Part shown: piece by piece, positions 39,157-53,728 of the stretch
Numbering within the stretch: position 1 is the first letter of the stretch
Layout of the letters: every line of letters begins with the position of its first letter
Assembly (NCBI GenBank): GCA_043228905.1
Contig: JBHGNT010000020.1
Coordinates: 7,316,001 to 7,380,000, forward strand
Origin: Azolla caroliniana
Lineage: Eukaryota; Plantae; Polypodiophyta
Direction: 5' to 3'
Length of the DNA stretch: 64,000 bases
The notes under the pieces: model-generated
What the model saw: only the letters and a program-made list of their open reading frames with translations
What the model was told of the DNA's origin: nothing
Databases searched by the model: none
Made by a program: the position numbers and the translations under genes

Positions 39157-39199
39157 AATAACGGCTTTTGTTATGAAAGAAAAAAACACCACCATGACT

Positions 39200-42100
39200 A
39201 ACTTATTACAAAGTATATAACCTTTCTATCTAGAGATCGAAATACTACTACAACTCCAAACTCAATGCCACCTTGCACACCAATTCAAATGACGAATATG
39301 ATGATATGTGACCTTGTAGAGTTCTCTCTCTTCATGGTTGAGATTTCGTGACTTCTCTGGCACTACCGATTGCCACAAAAGAAGTCCTTTTAACTTTACA
39401 ACATATTTTCTCACCCCAACTCGCGAATAAAAAAGGAAGGAATTCTGCATATTCCAATTGAACCATAGCCCCCAATACCTCAATGTTGAGCGGCAAGCTC
39501 AACCGGATCCGGATCGGCTGAATAAGCTTGAGCCGAATCAGTGAGCCGGTGAGTTGGGGAATGGCTAGCTCACTCCCGGTGGAGAAGCTTGACAGATCCA
39601 ACTATGCATCTTGGTCATACAAGATGCACCAATACCTGCTTGGGCATGGTTACTGGAGTTATGTCGACGGAGCTAACGACACAACACCTGATGCGGCACA
39701 CAAGGACTTCCAAGTGTGGGAACAGTTGGCAAGTAGAGTGATGTACTGCTTTGCGTCTAGTGTCAGAGACTAGTTGCTGAGCCATGTCCGAGATGCCAAG
39801 ACGCTAAAAGAAGCTTAGGGCAACCTGAAGAAGGTTTTCACGGCAAGCACTACGGCCCGGAAGCTGCAATTCCAACAGGAGTTGAGCAATGTTCGATAGA
39901 AGGACATGTCGGTAGCCGATTACACGGCCCGAATCAAAGAGATCTGTGACTCACTTGCCTCTATCAACGTCACTATAGAGGAAGATGAGATGGTGCAAAT
40001 CTGTCTTGGGGGCCTAGCATCTAAGTTTAGAGCGTTCCGAACGGCGGTATGTAGAAGGGAGAATACCCCGTCATTTTTCGACTTACAGTCGATGCTCTTT
40101 GTAGAGGAGAACCACGCCGGTGCGTCAACAAGTGCACCCACCGACAACCAGATGCTGTACACGGAGGCGGATTGGCCCTGTGGGCGTGGTGGACGAGGTG
40201 GGTCGGCTCGCAATGGTAGCGGCCAACAAGAGCAGGACCGAAGGCATAGAGAACGTGCCGTGCTGACAACAGTTTTGGACCCTCCATAAGCAGGGGGAGT
40301 CAAGGCGGCGCCGGAGGCCGACAAGCAAAGGGCGACACGGAATGCTGGTATTGTGGTAAAAAGGGCCACAGAGAAAGCGAGTGGTGGAAGAAGTGCGCCA
40401 ATTTGGACAAATCCACATACGGCAAGGCTGACAGAGAGAACTGACAATACTCGCACTATGTAGAAGGATCGGGAGGATCCAAAACCGGAAAAGCCGGTAA
40501 AGGGTCAACCTTGGTGATGAAACACGAGGCTAACTCGATGAAGAAGACCACTTCCAAATAAGAGGAAGTGTGGTACGTTGATTCCGGTGTGTTGAATCAC
40601 ATGATGAGCCACAAAAAGTGGTTCTCTTTCTTGGAGAAATCGGAACAACCGGGAGTCGTCAAAACCGAAGACGACACTCCTCACCTGATCGTGCATGTCA
40701 GAGAAGTCCCTTTGAGCCACGTCGGACAGATGGGGAAGCTGATGAACGTATTACACGTTCTGACTATCACGAAGAACTTGGTGTCAGTCGGTCAGATCGT
40801 TGACCAGGGGATGTAGGTGCGGTTTACGCACCTTGGGTGCTTCATCGAGGAAGAGGGCCAAATTATTGCGCAAGGGCGCAGAGACGGGAGGATGTTCATC
40901 CTCGACACCAATGACGTCGGCACCACTTTGTTTGCCAAAGGATAGAAGATTGAATCGGACATCGATCTTTGGCACAAGTGGATCGTCCACGTCAATTACC
41001 GAAGGCTTCAAGACTTGCAAATGAAACAAGTTGTTTTCGGTTTGCCGATGTTTAGTGGCCGGAAGGTCCAAATATGTGAAGCCTGCCAACTCGGGAAGCA
41101 ACACCAGCTTCCATTCCCCACCGAACGAAACCCTAGCCGTAACAAGGTCGACCTTATTCATTCAGATGTATGGGGACCGACACAGAACGTTAGTCTTGGC
41201 GGGAGTCGATACTTCGTCTCCTTCATTGACGACTACATTCAGCACACATGGATCTACCTCATTGAGCGGTAGAGCGAAGTCTTCGAGTGTTTCCGGAACC
41301 TGCAAAGCCTGCTTGAATGGGAAACGGAGAGAAAGATCAAGTGCCTGCGGTCGGATGGCGGAAAAGAATATTTTTCCGGCCAATTGAACAATTATCTTCA
41401 GCAAAAAGGAATTCGGAGAGAGTTTAGCTGCAGATACACACCGGAGAAAAATGGTGTGGCCGAAAGGAAGAACCGGTCAATTGTCGACGCGGCAAGGGCA
41501 ATGCTGAAGGAGAAGAGCATGCCCCATTTCTACTAGGCCGAGGCGGTCCGGACGACCGTCTACATCCAAAACCAGATTGGTGACAAGGTGTCAGCACACG
41601 AGCTATATTTCGGGCGCAAGCCGAATTTGAGACACCTTCGGATATTCGGTAGCATAGCATATGTGCATGTACCGAATGAAAAGCGGAGGAAGTTGGATGC
41701 AAAGTCGGAGAAGTGCATCCTAGTCGGTTACTCGCATGAGCAAAAGGGGTATAAGTGCTATAACCCCCGGACTAAGCAGGTTCGAGTAAGCCGGGATGTT
41801 GAGTTTGATGAGATGGCATCATGGTATGCCTTACCGGCTCTGACTTTCGACCCAACCTGATACCGGAGGATGAGGCTAGTGAGCATGAACCGGTCCAGTT
41901 AGAAGATGAAGGGTCCGAGACTCTAGATGAGAGTCCAGAATCGTTTCGGTTGAGTGGGCCGAATGAGTGACTGGGTCTGACAGACCAGTCGGATGATGAA
42001 CCGCGAGTAGTGGAGACTCTGCCGTGCTCTCCCCGTGCGAGGAACTGAGGACATGGTTCACGCGCAAGGAGAAGGGAAGAAGAAGATGCCAGAACACGAG

Positions 42101-44449
42101 ACCGGCAATGGTGAGTCAGATCGGAACGTATCCGACTCCGGTACGGAAGAAGGCGGATCTTCGGGAACGAAGACTGAACCGGCCAAGAAGGGCCCCAAAC
42201 TAGGTAACGCTAAGTTACGCCGGTCTTCCCGCTAGAAGAACCTTGTGAAGCGGTATGGGTATAATGAGTACATGACGCATCACTATGCGTACATGACCAA
42301 GGTGGCAGAAGTGCGTGAGCCGGAGAGCTATGTAGAAGCGGCAAAGGACACAAATTGGCGTGCCGCTATGGAGGAAGAAATGCGGGCACTTGATGCCAAC
42401 GACACATGGGACCTAGTTGACCCTCCCCGACACTGTAAACCGATCGGATGTAAGTGGGTGTACAAGGTAAAGTACAATGCCGACGGTTTAGTTAACTGGT
42501 ACAAGGCCCGGTTAGTGGCGAAGGGATACGCGCAGACCCACAGAATCGACTACGATGAGACCTTCGCTCCGGTAGTGAAGATGACGACGGTTGGTATGGT
42601 GCTGGCGGTTGTTGCAACAAGGGGGTGACATCTTCACCAGATGGACGTGAAGAATGAATTCCTTCAAGAAGAGTTCTTGAAGAAGAGTTCTTTATGAACC
42701 AACCCCCCGATTTCCAGTCGGAGATGAACAAGTCGGCGGTATGCCGGCTGAAGAAGTTAGTTTATGGCCTGAAGCAAGCCCCCTGAGCTTGGAATGCGAA
42801 GATCACGCATCGCTTGCGTAAGATGGGGCTTGGAATGCGAAGAACAGTTATCTGGTCGGCGTGATCAGCCAATATATGCAAAAACCGACCGTGGAGCACT
42901 TTCTTTGCGTGCATCGAATTTTGCGATATGTGAGCGGCACGAAGGACTCGGGATTGTTATACCTGCATGGTATAACCGAAGAGCTGGTTGGCTACACCGA
43001 TGCCGACTGGGCCGACGATGCATCGGATCGCCGATTCACCTCCAGCTATATGTGTTCCCTTGGTAGTGCGGTTGTTGTGTGGAGCAGCAGAAAGCAGCCA
43101 ACAGTGGCCCTTTCGAGCATTGAGGCTGAATACTGGGGCACTACCGTTGCCACCTATGAAGCCATTTGGCTTCGACGACTACTGCAAGACCTACGGATCG
43201 AGGTGCCAACCCCGATCCTGATCTACTGCGACAACATAAGCAGCATACAGCTCGCCAAGAACCTTGTATTCCATGCTCGCACAAAGCACATAGAAGTGCA
43301 CTACCACTTCGTGCGTGAACGTTTCTTGAGCGGTGAAGTTGAGCTTCGGTATGTTCATACGGATCGACAAGTTGCCAACATCTTCACCAAACCGCTCGGA
43401 TTGGACAAGTTGCAGCACTTCACCAAAATGCTTGGTGTTCAGCATCTTGACGTGCCGCACTTGAGGGGGAGAATGGGCAAAGACACCGGAATGGGCAAAG
43501 GCAAAGAAACTGCCGATTGCACTAGTGAGGGAAGAACTGACAAAGGGAGAGACAAGAAGGAAAAGGAAGCCGAGTCGACAAAGTAAGTTGGCACATCCGA
43601 ACAAGTCAGAACATGCGGCAATGACGGCAGAGTGAAGAAGGACAGAGCTGACCGGAAGAAGAAGGCCAAGACCCAGACATGGTCCAATGTGGTGAATGGC
43701 CTAGAACCGGAAGACTAATCGGGAGAGACCGATTCAGACAAGAGCTGGAATGAGTTGGAGACAGCTGATTCGGTTCAACAGACGGATTCGGAAGAACCGG
43801 ATCAACTGAAGGCCAAGCAGACGAGAAGGCAGCGGAAGTCGACGCCAACACGAAGGAACCGGCGGGTCGACAAGCGCCGGAGTCACAACAGTGAGGGCGC
43901 TGAATTGGGCCTGTTGAGCAGACAAGCGGACCGAGGAGGTCGAGGCATGTAGAACCAGAGGGGTCGCGACAAATGGGACAAGATCAGACGAGGAGCGCGA
44001 GCGAGGCGGAGTGACGCCAGGAGGAGCCGGGTGGAAGAACCGGTTGCCATGGAGACTGACACTACGATTTGACCTCAAGTTGAGCTTGAGGGGGAGTGTT
44101 GAGCGGCAAGCTCAACTGGATCCGGATCGGCTGAATAAGCTTGAGCCGGATCGACATCTGGAAGGATGAGCCGGATCGGTGAGCCGGTGAGCTGGGGAGC
44201 CGGATAGCCGGATCAAGCAGTAACCGGAAACCTAGTAGTAGCCTAGACTACTAGGTAGTTAATGTCTCGTAATTAGTGTTAGACGCTCGTGTGAGCATTG
44301 AAGTACACTGTACTTCTTTCAGTCCTCTTAGGACTTGTATAAATAGTGATGTTGAGCACGTTGTATGTACACAGAGAACTATTATTGTTTTGTAATAGAT
44401 TTTTAACGTTCTGCTCATTCTCTGTCTCTCCCGCGTACACTCTGTGTGT

Positions 44450-44504
<55 letters not shown>

Positions 44505-45900
44505 GTTATCCATCTAAGCCGGTTGTCTAACGCTTTCGCAACTTCGTTTTTACACTCAGGAACTCAAAAGTAAATTGGAAATGAGGCATCGGTTCATTGT
44601 TCTCCATATGTACAAAAGCCCAACTAAAGGAAGATAGGCTTACTCCAGTTAGAGACATCCACACTAAATTGATACACCTCCAAACCATCCTAGCTATTGG
44701 GCATGAAAGAAATTGATGCCTATTATGTTCCGATTCCACCGGAAAAAACAAACACATTCCTCTAGCAATGTTTCTTTTTTATAATGCATCCCCCAATGGT
44801 AAAGCCCCAACGATAACTCACCAAATGGATATCTTAGCTCGTAGCATCAATTGAGAAAACCAACTTGCCTTGATCACATGAGACCACCAGGTAATGGGCT
44901 TACGAAAACCCCATATCTTTATAACCCTTTCTTCCATCCACTTATGTTTTTTCAATCAATTTGTGATAAGCATCATTTGTTGAGATCATAGTAAATATCC
45001 TATTTCCAACAAATGTCCAATCAAGCTCTTGAGCTCCCCCATGTAAATCAAGAATTGGCTCATACGGAGATAGTAATTCTTGCAACTTATCCCAAATAAA
45101 GGAATAACATTTTGGAATACGAAATGTTGATCTTGCTATTCGAAAGGCCATTAGTCTTCTTTGTAACACCAACATAGCATCCTTGAATGTTACCAAACCC
45201 AAACTAGCCATCCAATCAAATTAAAGGTTAAGAATTTGTTTACCTTCCCACCTCAACAACCTTGATGTCGCCAAAACCTCAATTTGTAATAAATTGGCAC
45301 ACCACCCCCTTTCTTGTGGAGGATTACATTCCACAAAATCCAACATACTTTGCCAAGGTATCAACAAATGATTAACTATCAGAGGCCTTGCACATTTGAC
45401 ATCCCTTTCAGAATTAAGGACATTCCATCAATTAGCTTCAACAATCATGTTTCCAAGCTTAATTAGCTTCTTCTCAATAAAGTATGCCACCATTTTTGTC
45501 CAAGGCTATACACCCTCAAACATAAATCGAATGAAAGTAAATTGACGAGCCACCATATGCTCATATGAATTGAATATTGATGTCCCACTAAGACGCTTCA
45601 GAGTACAAACATGACCTTGTGCCAACCATGACAAGACACTTCTCCCTTTTCTTTTCCATAACAAGGAAGATAATAAGACATCATAGAGACCATAATCGAT
45701 TGAACCACCTTAAGTCATACATGAAAAGGCCAAAGTTGAGACCTCCCATACATAAACTTATCCTCAAACCTTTTGGATACCCATTCAATAAGTTTCATGT
45801 TGAGATACCAACCTCAACTAGGTCTACCCATGTTCTTATAGATAGAATTTAATTGAGTTAGTTTCCAATGCTCATGAATGAGACAAATGTCCTTGTGTCA
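39200..45900 (-). mobile_element. L1-like LINE ORF2 3' remnant (zf-RVT region) split by B2
   Basis: C..ESEHNRHQFLSCPIARMVW; FEFL|RYWGLWFNWNMQN rejoins across the B2 TSD; outer boundaries approximate. Confidence 0.7.
39484..44554 (+). mobile_element. Copia family B element B2 with truncated 5' LTR
   Basis: TSD CTCAA/CTCAG; 5' LTR ~75 bp fused directly to the gag ATG (MASSLPVEKLDRSNYASW); 3' LTR 44097-44554; PPT; many stops. Confidence 0.9.
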
Positions 45901-46043
45901 ACCCATAACCTTTATGAGAGGAATCTAGGGCTTTATATATAATCTGCTCACGGAGCATGGTTGTAAGTGTTGACTGTTTTGTTAATGAAGGCGTGGTCTT
46001 CTATTTTGGGCACATATTGTCTCTCTGTGTTATTGTCTTGATC

Positions 46044-49000
46044 TCCATCCGGTGAGCACTTCTCACCGGGCCTTCACCATCCGGCTCTTGCCGGGTACTC
46101 CTCATCCGGTTCTCACCGGGTCTTCCGTAGCTGGGTACTCCTCATCTGGTTTCGGCCTCGGCATATCGGCCTCAGCCAAGTTTCTCATCAACACTGTTCT
46201 TCTCACTTCCCATCTGGAGGGACCTGTTTCCTATAAAACTCCCCCTTCACTCCAGCATGGGATGTCTTACCAGTCCGATCCGCTTCCGACATGCATCCAG
46301 CTTCTCGGGTATCATTACTTTGGTAAGCATATCTGATCTGTTCTCGGCCGTGTGGATCTTCGTCAGCGCGAACTCTCGATCTTCTACTCACTCCCGGATC
46401 CAGTGATACCTACGCTGGATGTGCTTCGTCCTGGAATGATACGCTGCATTCTTAGCAAGGTGGATGGCACTTTGGCTGTCGCAATAGAGCCGATATTCAT
46501 CTTGCCGGATACAAGGCTCTCCGATGAAGTCCTTCATCCATAATATTTCCTTGCCGGCTTCCACAGCCGCCATGTACTCCGCCTCCGTGGTTGACAACAC
46601 AACCGTCTTCTGCAGCTTCGACTGCCACGAAACAGCTCCCCCTGCATATGTCATTACATACCTGGATGTAGACCGGCTGGTATCCACATCAGCCGACATG
46701 TCCGAATCGGTAAAACCGTCAAGTTGAGGTTTACCAGAGCCAAATCGGAGACACATGTTCGAAGTGCCCTTCAAGTACCGGAGTATCCACTTGACCGCGT
46801 TCCAGTGCTCCTTGCCAGGATTGCTCATAAACCGGGTCACCACTCCGACTGCGTATCCTATGTCCGGTCGGGTACACACCATTGCGTACATCAAGCTCCC
46901 GACGGCAGAGGCATATGGAACCTTCATCATATCAGCCTTCTCTACTTTCGTCTACGGGCTTTGCTTACCGGATAATCTGCAGTTTGCCGGGAGTGTCGAT
47001 CTGACCGGTTTCGCTTCTAACATGTTGAACTGCTGAAGCACCTTTGTCACGTACTTCTCCTGTGACAACCACAATTACTTCGTTGGCCGGTTCCGGATGA
47101 TATGCATCCCCAACATCTGTCTTGCCGGACCCAAGTCTTTCATTGCGAAAGTTCAGTTGAGAGCCTTCTTCAACATCCGTATTCTGGCTTGGTCCCGTCC
47201 GACGATCAACATGTCATCCACGTACAGAAGGAGTATCAGGAAGTCGCCTCCTTCGAACTTCTTCACAAACACGCAGTGATCGGCTTGCGTCTTGTGGTAC
47301 CCTTGATTGGTCATGAAGGAGTCGAACTTCCGGTACCATTGTCGGGGAGCCTGCTTCAGTCTGTATAGGCTCTTCTTCAACCGGCAAACCAGGTGCTCCT
47401 TCCCTTTCTCCATGAATCCTTCCGGTTGCTGCATGTAGATCTCCTCTTCGAGGTCACCGTGAAGGAAGGTCGTCTTCACATCCAGCTGCTCTACCTCGAG
47501 GTCCATGCTTATCACTATACTCAGCACTGTCCGAATGGAGGTCATCTTTACTACTGGGGCAAATATCTCGTCGAAGTCCACACCCTTCTTATGCTGGAAC
47601 CCCTTCACCACGATTCTGGCTTTGTATCTCGGGGGGTTGCCGGCATCTCCCGGTTTCAACTTGTACACCCACTTGTTTCGGAGTGCCCGCTTTCCTTTCG
47701 GCAACTCCACCAATTCGTATGTATGGTTCTCATGCAGGGAATCCATCTCATCCTGCATGGCACTTAACCATTTGCGGCTATGGGTGTCATCCTTCGCTTC
47801 TTCGAAGCTTTCTAGCTCCCCCTCATCGGTTAGCAACACATGATCTGCATTCGGAAATCTCCGGGGGGCTCTTCTCTCTTTGAGAGGATATCTCCGTCTT
47901 TGGGCTTCGGTAACCGGCTCCTCCATTTGCTCTTCATCCGAATTCGACTCGGGGTCTTGGCCGGTTCCGGTTTCAGCTTCCTCTACTTCTTCTTCTGCCG
48001 GTTCGGTATCCTCACCGTAACCGGCTGGTTCCTCGAGTGCTAACCGGTCTCTTGCCGGTTGGGTCTGCTCATCGTAGAATCGATCCTTACCGGTTGACTC
48101 GGAGTTCATTATCTTCTTCTCCGATTCCCAATCGGCGAGCGTCTTGTCCTCCATGAAGATAATATCTCGACTCCGGAATACCTTCTTGTCGACTAGGTCC
48201 CACACTCGGTACCCGAACTCATCGTCGCCGTAACCGAGGAATATGCATGGCCGGGTCTTCGGATCTAGTTTTCCTCTCCGGTCCTTAGTAACATGCACGT
48301 ACGCAAGACACCCGAATACTTTCAGATGCCGGTAGGACACTTCCTTACCGGTCCAGACTCTCTGTGGCGTGTCTCTGTCCAAGGGTACTGAGGGTGATCT
48401 GTTTATCACATATGTCGCCGTTGACAGTGCCTCAGCCCAAAACTTCTTGGTTAGTTTTGCATGCGCCAGCATACTCCGGAGCCTCTCCATTATGGTCCGG
48501 TTCATCCTCTCGGCCAGCCCGTTTAGTTCCGGTGTCTTCGGCACGGTAAATTCGAGCCGGATTCCCTTCGAGCAACAGTACTCCTCGAACTTCCCCCGTT
48601 ATTCACCTCCATTATCTGCTCGAACCGCCTTCAGCTTTCGGCCGGTTTCTCTTTCCACTCTCGTGTGGAGCTCTTTGAAGACGGATAGCACCTGATCCTT
48701 CGTCTTCAACAGTGTGGCCCACAGCTTCCGGCTGTGATCCTCTATGAATGTCACGAAGTACTGCGATCCTGCATGTGACTTTGTTTCCACTCGACACACA
48801 TTAGTATGCACCAACTCCAATGGTGCATTACATCTCATTGGTGGCCTTGGTCGGAAAGAGGTCCGGTTTTGCTTACCGACCAGACAGTCAATGCACTTCT
48901 CCAAGTGCACGTTCTTCACTGGTATGAGGTTGTCGTCTGCAAGCCTCTTCATCCCCTTCTCGCTCATATGACACAACCTTTTGTGCCACAACTCATCGGT

Positions 49001-50922
49001 AGTGTCGGATGCCACATTCACTTCCTCCGGACATAACCGGGCATTCATCAGGTACAATGTGTTTACCTTCCGGGCCCGAGCCACAATCAGGCTCCCTTTG
49101 CTGAACTTCATAACACCGTTCCAGATGCTACCCGTGTAGCCTTCATCATCTAGCCGACCGGCTGATATCAGGTTCAGACGAACCTCCGGAACGTGTCGGA
49201 CATCCTTCAGCAGCAGGTTGCATCTAGTTGGTGTTGTCAGCCACACGTCTCCTATGCCCACAATTCGGCATGTACCTTCATTCCCCATCCGGACACAACC
49301 ATGATCACCGGCTGGGTAGGATGAGAAGCATTTCCGGTCCGGGGTAAGGTGGAACGACGCTCCAAAGTCTACCACCCAGGTCATCTTGTTGTCGGCAAGG
49401 TTTATCTCACTCTTCTCGGTGATGAGCATCAACTCTTCTTCACTTGCCGCGATTGCCGTCGTTCCCTTCCGGTCCGTTCCTCTCCGGTCTTTACCGTTCC
49501 GGTCCGGTGTCCGCTTCGAATTGGTATCGTCGGTTTCCTTGTCTTTTCGGAAATGCCGATAGTTCTTCTGGAAGTGTCCCGGCTTGCCGCAATAGAAGCA
49601 AGTAGGCCTCCCCCTTGACTTTGACCGTGTCCCCAACTTTTCCCGGTTCTGGGGACTACGGTTCCTTTGTCTTCCGTGTTCCGATTCGGTAAGGAGCGCT
49701 TTGGAGTCGGAGCTCGTATCCTTTTCTTTCCGACGCGCCTTCTCATCTAGCAAGCTCGACTTCACTCTTGCTAGGGATAACCGTTTCCCTTCCGGCCCGG
49801 CGTTGCCCAAGGTGACAACCAACGTCTCCCAGCTATCTGGGAGGGAACCGAGCAGGAGTAGTGCAAGTACCTCATCAGCAAGATGTACTTCCAATGATGT
49901 TGCCTGGTGGATCAGCCCCTGGAAGGCATTCATGTGCTCCGCCATGCTGGAGCCATCTTGGTACCGGAGTCTTACTAGCTTTCGAAATACCGAAACCTGA
50001 TTGACAACATTTTTGTTCTGAAACATAATGCCGATCTTCTCCTAGAGCTCATGAGCCTTGCTCTCTTCATTGAAGTTGTTGTATAGATTCATGTCGATGA
50101 AGCACTGTATGTAAGCCGTTGTCTTCATGTGCATTACCTCCCATATCGTGGCATCGATTTTGTCCGGTCTCTTGTCCCCGAACTGAACCGGCAGCCAAAG
50201 ATCTTTAACCACGAGCATGTCCCTCATCTTCGACTTCCACACTGAATAGTTGGAGCCGGTGAGCTTGAACATGCCTCCCACCGAATCGTCCATTTTTCTG
50301 TGTCGCCTCGCTTTGATACCACTTTGACAGGAATGCACGTTCCGTAAGCACAACACTCGGCCACAACCGAGCCTAAAATCAAACACAGAAAACGGATAAT
50401 GAACGCACGACACAGTGAAGAGAAGGGTGCACAGGATGTTAACGTGGAAAACCCAAACTAGGGAAAAACCACGGCAGCCTACAGACTGCAAACTATCACT
50501 ATATCGGAATGTACAATAGTAAAGCACCGAGGGAACGATCTCGAGCTTGCTATCTTCGCCACAGGCGGCGGTTACAACAGAGGCAGCAACCTCTTCCTCT
50601 CTCTCTCTCTCTCTGTACACTGTTACGCGTTTTAATCTTGCACCAACAAGAATGACAACTACAAAAAAACTAAGTTTGCCCTAAGTCATATTTATACTAA
50701 TATGACTTTTCGGTTATTTACAAATATAGGCCCGATGGACTCTCAGAAACATATTTACGAATATGTCCCTTCATCCGGTGAGCACTTCTCACCGGGCCTT
50801 CACCATCCGGGTCTTGCCGGGTACTCCTCATCCGCTTTCGGCCTTGGTATATCGGCCTCAACCGAGTTTCTCATCAGCACTGTTCTTCTCACTTCCCATC
50901 CGGAGGGACCTGTTTCCTAACA
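46044..50922 (-). mobile_element. Copia family A element A2, nearly complete gag-pol, 3' LTR truncated
   Basis: 5' LTR 50325-50922; PBS TGGTATCAAAGC 50310-50321; gag ATG 50293; ORFs 48599-50026, 47153-48544, 46388-46930 (CFYCGKPGH, YVDD, RH); PPT ~46239-46254. Confidence 0.92.
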
Positions 50923-51210
50923 CATCTTGGGAGTACAAGATGCACAAATATCTACTTGGATGTATGGATATTGGAGTTATATAGATGGCGCCAACGAAGA
51001 AGTGCAGTTGACACACAAGGACTTCCTGGCATGGGAGTAGGTAGCAAGTAGGGTGCTTTATTATCGAGCGTCCTATGTCCAAGATCAAATGCTCCGCTAC
51101 ATCAAGGATGCAAAGATGTCAAAAAAGGCATGGCAAAATCTGAAGAAGTTTTTCGCCGCTTGCACCACGGCTAGGAAGTTGAAGCTCAAGCAGGAGCTCA
51201 ACAATATCCA
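50923..51210 (+). mobile_element. Family-B-like gag fragment
   Basis: SWEYKMHKYLLG..YWSYIDGANE..ARKLKLKQEL matches B2 gag. Confidence 0.7.
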
Positions 51211-53050
51211 TCCCTAGCCACCGTAACGGCGCCTCCGCAAGGCACACACACTTAGCCAACATCCCGATGTGCTGAAGAAGCAAACAAAATCACCGGCTCC
51301 ACTTTCAGGGAGCAATCGCCGCCTCTGGTATAAGACGCCCAATCCACCGCAATTCACGATCCCGCCTCTGAAGTCGACCAACCCGAAGATAACCTATTTT
51401 TGGTCGCACGGGAGGATCCTGACTTTGACACCATGCCTTATCCCTATCAGAGATATACACCAATGGTGTTGATGCGGAAGCGCATATTTGAACCTTCTTG
51501 ACTACATGGCAAGAAAACCATGTGTCGTAATGATTGGCTGTTGCCGATGCCGAAACATAAAAAATCGTGGAGTTTGGCTCGTCTCTCGATGGGCAAGCAA
51601 CGCACTGGTACTCCCAACACAACTTGGAGGAGTTTGCTTTCTTTATAGTCCTCCGAGATGGGTTCATCCACCTTTTCCATTGACAGATACCCAAGTGAGA
51701 ACTATTGAGCCATTTCTAAACCATCTCGAAGGAGCCACAAGAGAGGATTCCACAATTCATGATTCGATTTCATAACCTATACCGTCAACTGGCTCGGGAA
51801 ATCTCGACTGACGATATGAAGGAGACTTTCCTTACGACTCTTCGTGAGCCCCTTCAAACCACTTTGGGGGTTCTCGACTTTTCTCAATAGACTATTGAGC
51901 AAGTTATCGATCGTGTCCTCGCCATGGATAAAACCCAAAACATCAACTCTTTCTCCATGATTTCCTTGCATGGTACCTTACCAACAACCGAAGAATCCCA
52001 ATTCTGGCAGGCCATTTAATGCACCACTTGCCTGGACCCGGGCCACTTGGCAGTGTAATGTAGCCTACGCTCGCACCGACCCATCTATTATTCCCGAGCT
52101 CACACCGTTGACCAATGTGAGTACATGATCAACCACGTCGCCGCCGCCCTAGTCCGAAGGATCGAGCCATGCAACGATCATTTCCGCCACGATGATCGTG
52201 CCCACCAACAACCTCGTTTTCGGGACACCGAACGACCCCATTATGAGGACCGCTATCGACCGCTATCAACCAGGCGAGGACCGTTTCTAGTTTGCTGAAG
52301 ACACCTATGGCCACTATTGATATGATTACGACTGCGACGAGGACTATGAGCCTCGGTACCACCCTGAACCACGGCAAGAGCAAAGGCCTCCCAACAATAA
52401 TCGCCACAATAATCGACAATATGGAAATAGTCGACGCCCCTCGGACAATCCGTGCCGAGAGAATCCTTGGTCAGACCACCACAACCTTCCCAACACCGAG
52501 CAGCGGGATGATCGCCGATGACCCCCGCAGTACGAACCGCTACTCCGCGATGAGCCCCCTCGACAACCTCAGTTCTGTCAAATTGAACAAGGAGAATCTA
52601 ACACATTTGTCTCGGTAAGATGCTTTCACTGTAAGAAACCTGGCCACTATGCTATGCAATGTCCAGCCAATGATCGCACCAAAGGCCCAATAGTCAACAC
52701 CATCACGACCGAGGTTCAACAAGTTACAACACGAAGTAAGGCTCAACAAACGCAATGGGAAGTTCAGGACGAGGTTAGACAAGCCGCTAAAGCATGGATC
52801 AAGAAAGCCAATACTGCAAACTTGGGGGATATGAACAAAGATATAACCATCAGTGTAGCTTCTTCCTCGGCGTCCACCGCGCTTTCCGAAGATGACCCGA
52901 TTTGGCAGATTTAACCAGTTGCTAAATGTCCATGCTGCGCAGCAAGCTTCTACACAGGCTTCCCTGCTTCAAGGACATGGTTGTGTCCTTGACCACCGAC
53001 AAGGAACGACCGAACGTGCCGATACACCTCACTGAGTCGAGCGAAGGTCC

Positions 53051-53728
53051 TGACGAGAACTTGACGTTCCTTATGCGCAAGACTCGGCCACAACCAAGAT
53101 TCTTTTCATACACAGAAAACAGGTAATGAAACGTGACACAGAGAAGAGAAATGGTACACAGGAGGTTTACGTGGAAAACCCCAAACTAGGGGAAAAAACC
53201 ACGGCAGCCCACAGGCTGCAAACTGTCACTATGTATGAATGTACAAGACAGTGAGTTCACGGAGGCAACGACCTCGGACTCACGCTCTTCGCCACATGCG
53301 GCGGTTACAACAGAGGCAGCGACCTCTTTCTCTCTCTCTCTCTCTGTACAACGTTACGCACTCTTGTTTCTTCTTGCACCAACAAGGAAGAATGACAACA
53401 ACCACTAAAAGTTTGCCCTAAGTCATATTTATACTAATATGACTTTTCGGCTATTTACAAATGTAGCCTCGATGAGCTCTCAGAAACATATTTACAAATA
53501 TGTCTCTTCATCCGGTTCTCACCGGGTCTGTACCATCCGGTTCTCCGTAGCCGGGTACTCCTCATCCGGTTCATACCGGGCCTGCACCATCCAGCTCTCC
53601 GTAGCCGAGTACTCCTCATCCGGTTCATACCGGGCCTGCACCATCCGGCTCTCCGTAGCCGGGTCCTCCTCATATGGTTTCGGCACTGTTCTTCTTCCTT
53701 CCCATCCGGAGGGACCTGTTTCCCAATA
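53051..53728 (-). mobile_element. Solo LTR, Copia family A
   Basis: TSD GGTCC both sides; terminal CA mutated to TA; removal restores EG|PPVMD of G3. Confidence 0.9.
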
